From: the human T2T-CHM13v2.0 reference genome, Homo sapiens
Assembly (NCBI RefSeq): GCF_009914755.1
Contig: NC_060939.1
DNA: 64,000 nucleotides
Reading direction: 5' to 3' (one strand)
In this document: positions 58,897 to 64,000 of the stretch, in pieces
How positions within the stretch are numbered: the stretch's first letter is position 1
Layout of the letters: each line of letters begins with the position of its first letter
Program-made: the position numbers and the translations under genes
Notes under the pieces: generated by a model
Database searches by the model: none
The model's input: the letters and a program-made list of their open reading frames with translations, nothing else
What the model was told of the DNA's origin: nothing

Positions 58897-60519
58897 TTAG
58901 GTTTCTTTCTAAATGCATACTTCAATTGTGTGTGGGAACGCCTGTCTGGTGGAATGAAAATTAAATTACTAAATTAGATATCATTATCAAGAACAAGAGG
59001 AATATCATTTATAGCCAAAGATAAAAAGTGATTACAAAACACATTTCTCAAGCAGAATATTTAATATCTCAAATTAAACAAGCATCCAATAAAAAAGAGT
59101 CAGCATTTAAAATTCTGTGGTAGATCTCTTATACTCCAGGTAGGTTGTGTAATTTCTTTCAGAATTACTCATTTAGCTCTTCACTGCCCTCTCCAGGTTC
59201 CACAGGTTTTCCTGAGATGGGGAAAGACTCATTTGTTACCAGCAGTGGGGAGTTGCAAGGAGGAGGGATAATGGGTGCTAAAGCATAGGAAATATTTATT
59301 TTGAATAGTTTCCTTGGCTTCTGTAATTGTTGCTACTGCCTGCAATGGGCATGACAGCTGAAATAGGGCTTCTTAATAGCTAAACTCCAAGCAAACCTAC
59401 TTAGTAAGTAAGCAGCCACTAATGTTTATTGAGTATGTAACAATGTCCTAAGAATTTATGAAGGGTGCAAAACATAAATAAAGTTCCTCCCGACAAGGAA
59501 CTTGTAAAGTACCTGGATGAACTTTGCGTAAGAGGCAACTTGCAAATGTACAAGGGATGATCACTGGTCTGTGTTGGGCAAAGCCCAGGTTGCGTGTGTC
59601 GGCCTGTGTGAACACGTATTTCCTTTCTGTATAGAGAATGAATTGCCTCTTGTGTAACTGTGCTAAATGAAGTGCTTGTGTATGTTATCTGCTTTTCTCC
59701 TCTAGGAAGAAGAGCTGCCAGGTCCTGGGAGAACAAGAACAGTGCTTTCTCCAAATTTTAACAGGAGTACACGGTGGGAGTGAGAGCTAGTTTTCCTGTA
59801 GTAGAAGCTGAAGACAGAGTAAAAATAATTAACTCATGGGAAAAATAAATAAACAAACAATTGGACTCAGCCAGAGGAAAAAGATAGTTAAAACCAAAAC
59901 ATGTAACGCAACCTAGAACAGTCTGTGTAATCTAGCCTCTGCTGTCAACTTAATCTACCATCACGTGCCCCATTATTCACGGGGCTCCACCTTGTATTCC
60001 AGTTGTTCCTCTCTGGAACATTTTATGTCTTTTCTCTCTGAGGGACTCAGCTCTTGGTATTTGCCTTGCTCAGAAATCTCTTCCATAGATCTTCACAATG
60101 GCCGGCTTGTCTTAGGTCTTAGTTCAAATATCACCCGCTCAGAGAGACCTTGCCTGACTTCCACTATATACATGGAGGGTTTCCAGAACAAATGAAGGTA
60201 TTGAACAAATGAGCTCCATAAAAATGGAAACAGGGTGCTCTGCTTGGTTTTTCAGAAAAATGGAAATAGCGGCCTCACACATAGAGTTGACATTCCTGAG
60301 ATTATCCAGTAGATCTGGACTCTGGAGCTCTGAGTCTAAATGTACTGCTATCCAGACAGAGTCTGCAGAGGGACCTCTTGTCATTAACTACTGTGCACCT
60401 ACAATTTGTTATCAATGAAATGTGTGTAGCTTTTATTTCATGGCCTTGGGAAGCATCCTTAAATCTTTTATCCTTTAGTTTCTTCATCTGAGGTTAACAA
60501 TATATGTATTTTGAAAGGC

Positions 60520-61106
60520 TATAGAAACTGGGAAGAAACATTTGCAACTTATAGCACAAAGAGTTAATAACCATAATATGTAAAGAGCTTCAAAAAATAT
60601 AGAAGAAAAAAGCCAACACATCTATGAAAAATGGGTTGGAAATATGAGCAGAGAGTTCACAGAAAAAGAAAGGAAAATGGATCCTGCATATATGAAAAGA
60701 CTCTCAACCATACTTTCAGTGAATACACTTTCAAACTTCATTGAGATACAATATTCTCTCCTGTCAGGCTGACAAAAATCTAAAAGATTGACAGCATATT
60801 TTGTTGGTGAGGCTGTGGTGAAATAGATGCTTCCATACATTGCTAGTGGGAATGTAAAATGGCATAAGCCTCATGAATGGGAATTTGATATATCTAGTAA
60901 AATTACATATGCATTTTCCCTTTGATCCAGTAATCCAACTTCTAGGAATCTATCCAAAAATATGTTGTAAAACTACACAAATACTTTTATATGTGACTAT
61001 ACATTGCAGCATTGTTTATAATAGCAAAAGCTTGGAAATTGGTTGAATAAGGCAATGGAAGGTCCACTCAGTGGAATACTATGCAGCTATAAACAACAAG
61101 AAGACG
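60520..61106 (+). mobile_element. Old L1M 3' region
   Basis: cattgctagtgggaatgtaaaatgg; gcattgtttataatagcaaaa; ggaatactatgcagc. Confidence 0.7.
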
Positions 61107-61111
61107 ACCTC

Positions 61112-61454
61112 TGTATTAGTCTGCTTTCATGCTGCTGATAAAGACAGATTTGAGACTGGGCAATTTATAAAAGAGGTATATAATGGACTTACAGTTCCAC
61201 ATGGCTGGGGAAGCCTCACAATCATGGTGGAAGGTGAAAGGCACATCTCACATGGCATCAGACAAGAGAAGAGAGCTTGTTCAGGGAAACTCCCCTTTTT
61301 AAAACCATCAGATCTTGTGAGACTCATTCGCTGTCACGAGAATAGCATGGGAAACACCCGTCCCCGTAATTCAATCACCTCCCACGACATGTGGAAATTA
61401 TGGAAGTTTCAATTCCAGATGAGATTTGGGTGGGGACACAGCCAAACCATATCA
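61112..61454 (-). mobile_element. THE1 (THE1C-like) MaLR solo LTR
   Basis: TGTATTAGTC...CAGCCAAACCATATCA; 5-bp TSD ACCTC at 61107-61111 and 61455-61459. Confidence 0.92.
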
Positions 61455-62584
61455 ACCTCTATACATTGCCATGAAGCGATGACCCCAATAACATGTTCAG
61501 TGAGGAGAATTCTTGGCCCTTGTGTATTTTTTTTTTCTTTAAGTAATCTGCATTGAACAAGTCTTAAATTTACAGTTAGAAAAATCAATAGTATATTTTG
61601 TTTTATTTTGAATTACCCAGAAGCTCATGAACTTTCTGACCAAAATCCTTTCCCAGAAAGTTTGTCAGTTGAGAACCTGTGAAGTCCAATTCATTTATAT
61701 GTTAAGATTTGTGCTATGGGATGTTGACAGCCTGGTGAAATTGACCCAGCCTGGCATGATCCTGGAGTCTATTTGAAAGGTGCAGGTTCAGAAAGCAGAG
61801 TGCTTCACAGGCTGCCACATTCCTCTGAAGATAATCTGCAGGTTGTACCTGCTGCCACTAGGCTGTTAGGCTGCCTAGGGGATGGTTGCTGGCTGGATTA
61901 ACCAGATTTGCCATTGGCAGGTGGGAGATTTGCACCCCCAGAATTAGGCTTGCTACTCCATTAAGCTTTTGACCACCTAATTTAAACCATATTATTATTT
62001 TCTAAATAGGCAACACATTTACATTTTAAAATGCAAAGAGTACAAAAAGATAGGCCATGAAATGTCTTTCTGACCTGGTTCCCCAGGCATGAAGTTTCCC
62101 TCCCAAAGGCAACTAATCTGATAGGAGAATGAGGAAAGGAAGAGGAAGAAAGTCAATAAGGCCAATATTGGGAAGGTTACACTTGAGGAGACCTGGGGCT
62201 CAAACCTTCTAGGGCACTGGGAGCCAGTGTAAAATTTATCCTGTCTTGTGGATTTTAGATAATCTGTGTGTATAGGGGAGATATTTTATACAGCAGCAGC
62301 AGGCTATCCACATTGTGCCATACCTCGCTTTTGTGTGACTTAATATCTCTTGGTAATTGTTCCATGTCAGTGCCCAAAAAGCTTCCTCATTCTTTTTTTT
62401 GCAACTGTTCAGTTATCTATTTATGGTTACATCATATTATATTTAACCCATTCTTTACTGGTGTCTGCTCCCATTTGTTGTTCCATTTTGAGCACCAGAT
62501 TTTAAAACTCATTCCTATAGGACACACAAAGGATTTTATTTCCTAGGAAGAGCTCCATGGCTCCCTGACTTGCTCAACTGTTTT

Positions 62585-63320
62585 AAACCCCCACCCCACA
62601 TGGAATAAGCACACTTCACCATTCTCTCACAACAACAATTAAGTCAACTTATCTTTGAATAAGTAGCTGGGGGTGGCGGGGACACACCCCTGAAGTGTGG
62701 GTTTAGGTTTGTTTGATTGGGGCGTGTGCTGGGGTGGGTGGAGCAGGATGAAGAATTCTTCATTAGTGTTTCTCATGTTTGAAGTCAGATCTTCTTTCCT
62801 AGCTGGGGCCAGAGTCTTCAAGCTTCTAACAGGAGTTTCTAGAGCCACTGAATCTTTCAGAGAACAGGTACAAAAGCTCTCAGCTGGTGTACGAGCAGAG
62901 GAAGCGCCTTTACAAGGGGCTGCTTGGAAATGGGGGCAAACTGCTAAATAAGCGTGCAAAAGCAGAAAAGGGCCCAGGGTATTTTTAAACCTCTTACAAA
63001 TAGGAGCAAGCCCAAATTTAACACGGGCTGGCTTTTTAATGTGGCTTTCTTTTTCACCCACCTTCCCTTCAAAGAGATGCTTTTTTCTTCTTTCTGCTGA
63101 AATACAAGGGCTTAGGGAGCAACTACTCGGTTCCAACAAACAGGGCAAGTTAACACTTGTGAGAGCAACACCCAAGCAGCAAAGGAAGCCGTGTTAAAAT
63201 AAAACCACACCCCCTTCCCCTCCAGGTGACAAAGATAACCAAACCCAGTCTGGCGTCTATGCTCCAGCAACATGCAGGCTGAAGTGAAGGGCAACTGGGC
63301 AGGAAAGAGAAGGCGGAACT
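62585..63320. promoter_or_regulatory. Candidate enhancer-like motif cluster in repeat-free sequence
   Basis: Several KLF/SP CACCC and GGGGCG boxes, CCAAT (gattgg 62715), GATA (62648, 63233), RUNX-type AACCACA (63203). Motif evidence only. Confidence 0.25.
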
Positions 63321-64000
63321 CGAGGTCATCCATACTGCCCAATTCCCTTGCTCCCCTCTCTTCCTGCCTCTCCAATTCTCATCTTCACCCAGAGCTGGTC
63401 TGATGCAGAAAAGTGAGGGGAACTCACTGTACCCATTTCTCTTTCTAAAATATCTCCTCAGGCACCTTAAACCTTTGTTCTTTCTTCCTCCAAAACAGTT
63501 CTCAGGAATTTGATACTATAGGATCATCTATTCTAGAGGTAATTAATAAGCTTTAATGAACTGTTCCTTCTAGAAATATTCTTACCCTTAAGCCAAATGA
63601 TTGTAAAGGTCACAGGGCATTTCAGGCATCAGCTATTTCATGAATGGGAAGTAGTGTGGGTAGAACCCTAGCATGCTCTGGACCTTAAAATCATATCCTA
63701 TGATTGGTTACCTCACATATGCAAAACCACCGCAGTCTACACCTCTAAACACACTTAAAACACTCTTTCACTGGTAAATAACCTGCATTCCTATATTCCT
63801 TTGCAGAACAGCTTGAGTGAAACCTGTGTTTATATGCAATGGTCGAGGCCAGCGGTGTAGAACATACACGCTCACTGCATTCTGGGACAGCTCTGGTCTC
63901 CAAGCCCGGAGGTTTAAGCAGTGTGTGGCCAGGCCATTGAGCTGAGAGCATAAGCTTGGTGATACCTATCAACATAAAAATATTCATCCATTACTTTCAC

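Noticed and set aside
62639-63175. Longest ORF in the track (178 aa, minus)
   Set aside because: Starts at TTG, has no recognisable domain or exon structure; consistent with a chance ORF.

Overview
This is primate, almost certainly human, non-coding DNA; the best evidence for human is a near-consensus AluYa5-lineage insertion at 30.7 kb. I recognise no protein-coding exon, tRNA, rRNA or other known RNA gene, and I cannot name the locus. Nearly all longer ORFs in the track are Alu, L1 or ERV read-throughs or chance ORFs. The window is a mosaic of 19 Alu dimers and 2 monomers, two L1PA insertions, old L1M/L2/MIR remnants, hAT and Tigger MITEs, MaLR LTRs, an ERVL LTR-gag remnant, and a dense cluster of ERV1 (MER4-group) solo LTRs at 10.9-18.2 kb. 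The most interesting unexplained structure is a set of locally templated insertions. In three cases a 52-136 bp stretch was copied from 0.45-1.7 kb away into the middle of an unrelated repeat, and two smaller cases show similar features. Several junctions carry microhomology or snap-back inverted repeats, like polymerase-theta or template-switch repair scars. Also notable are a twin-primed L1 with a gap of about 2.6 kb at its inversion point and several strong but unverified splice-site pairs on both strands that may be lncRNA exons. Repeat subfamily names come from my recollection of consensus sequences and need RepeatMasker/Dfam confirmation; boundaries of old elements are approximate.
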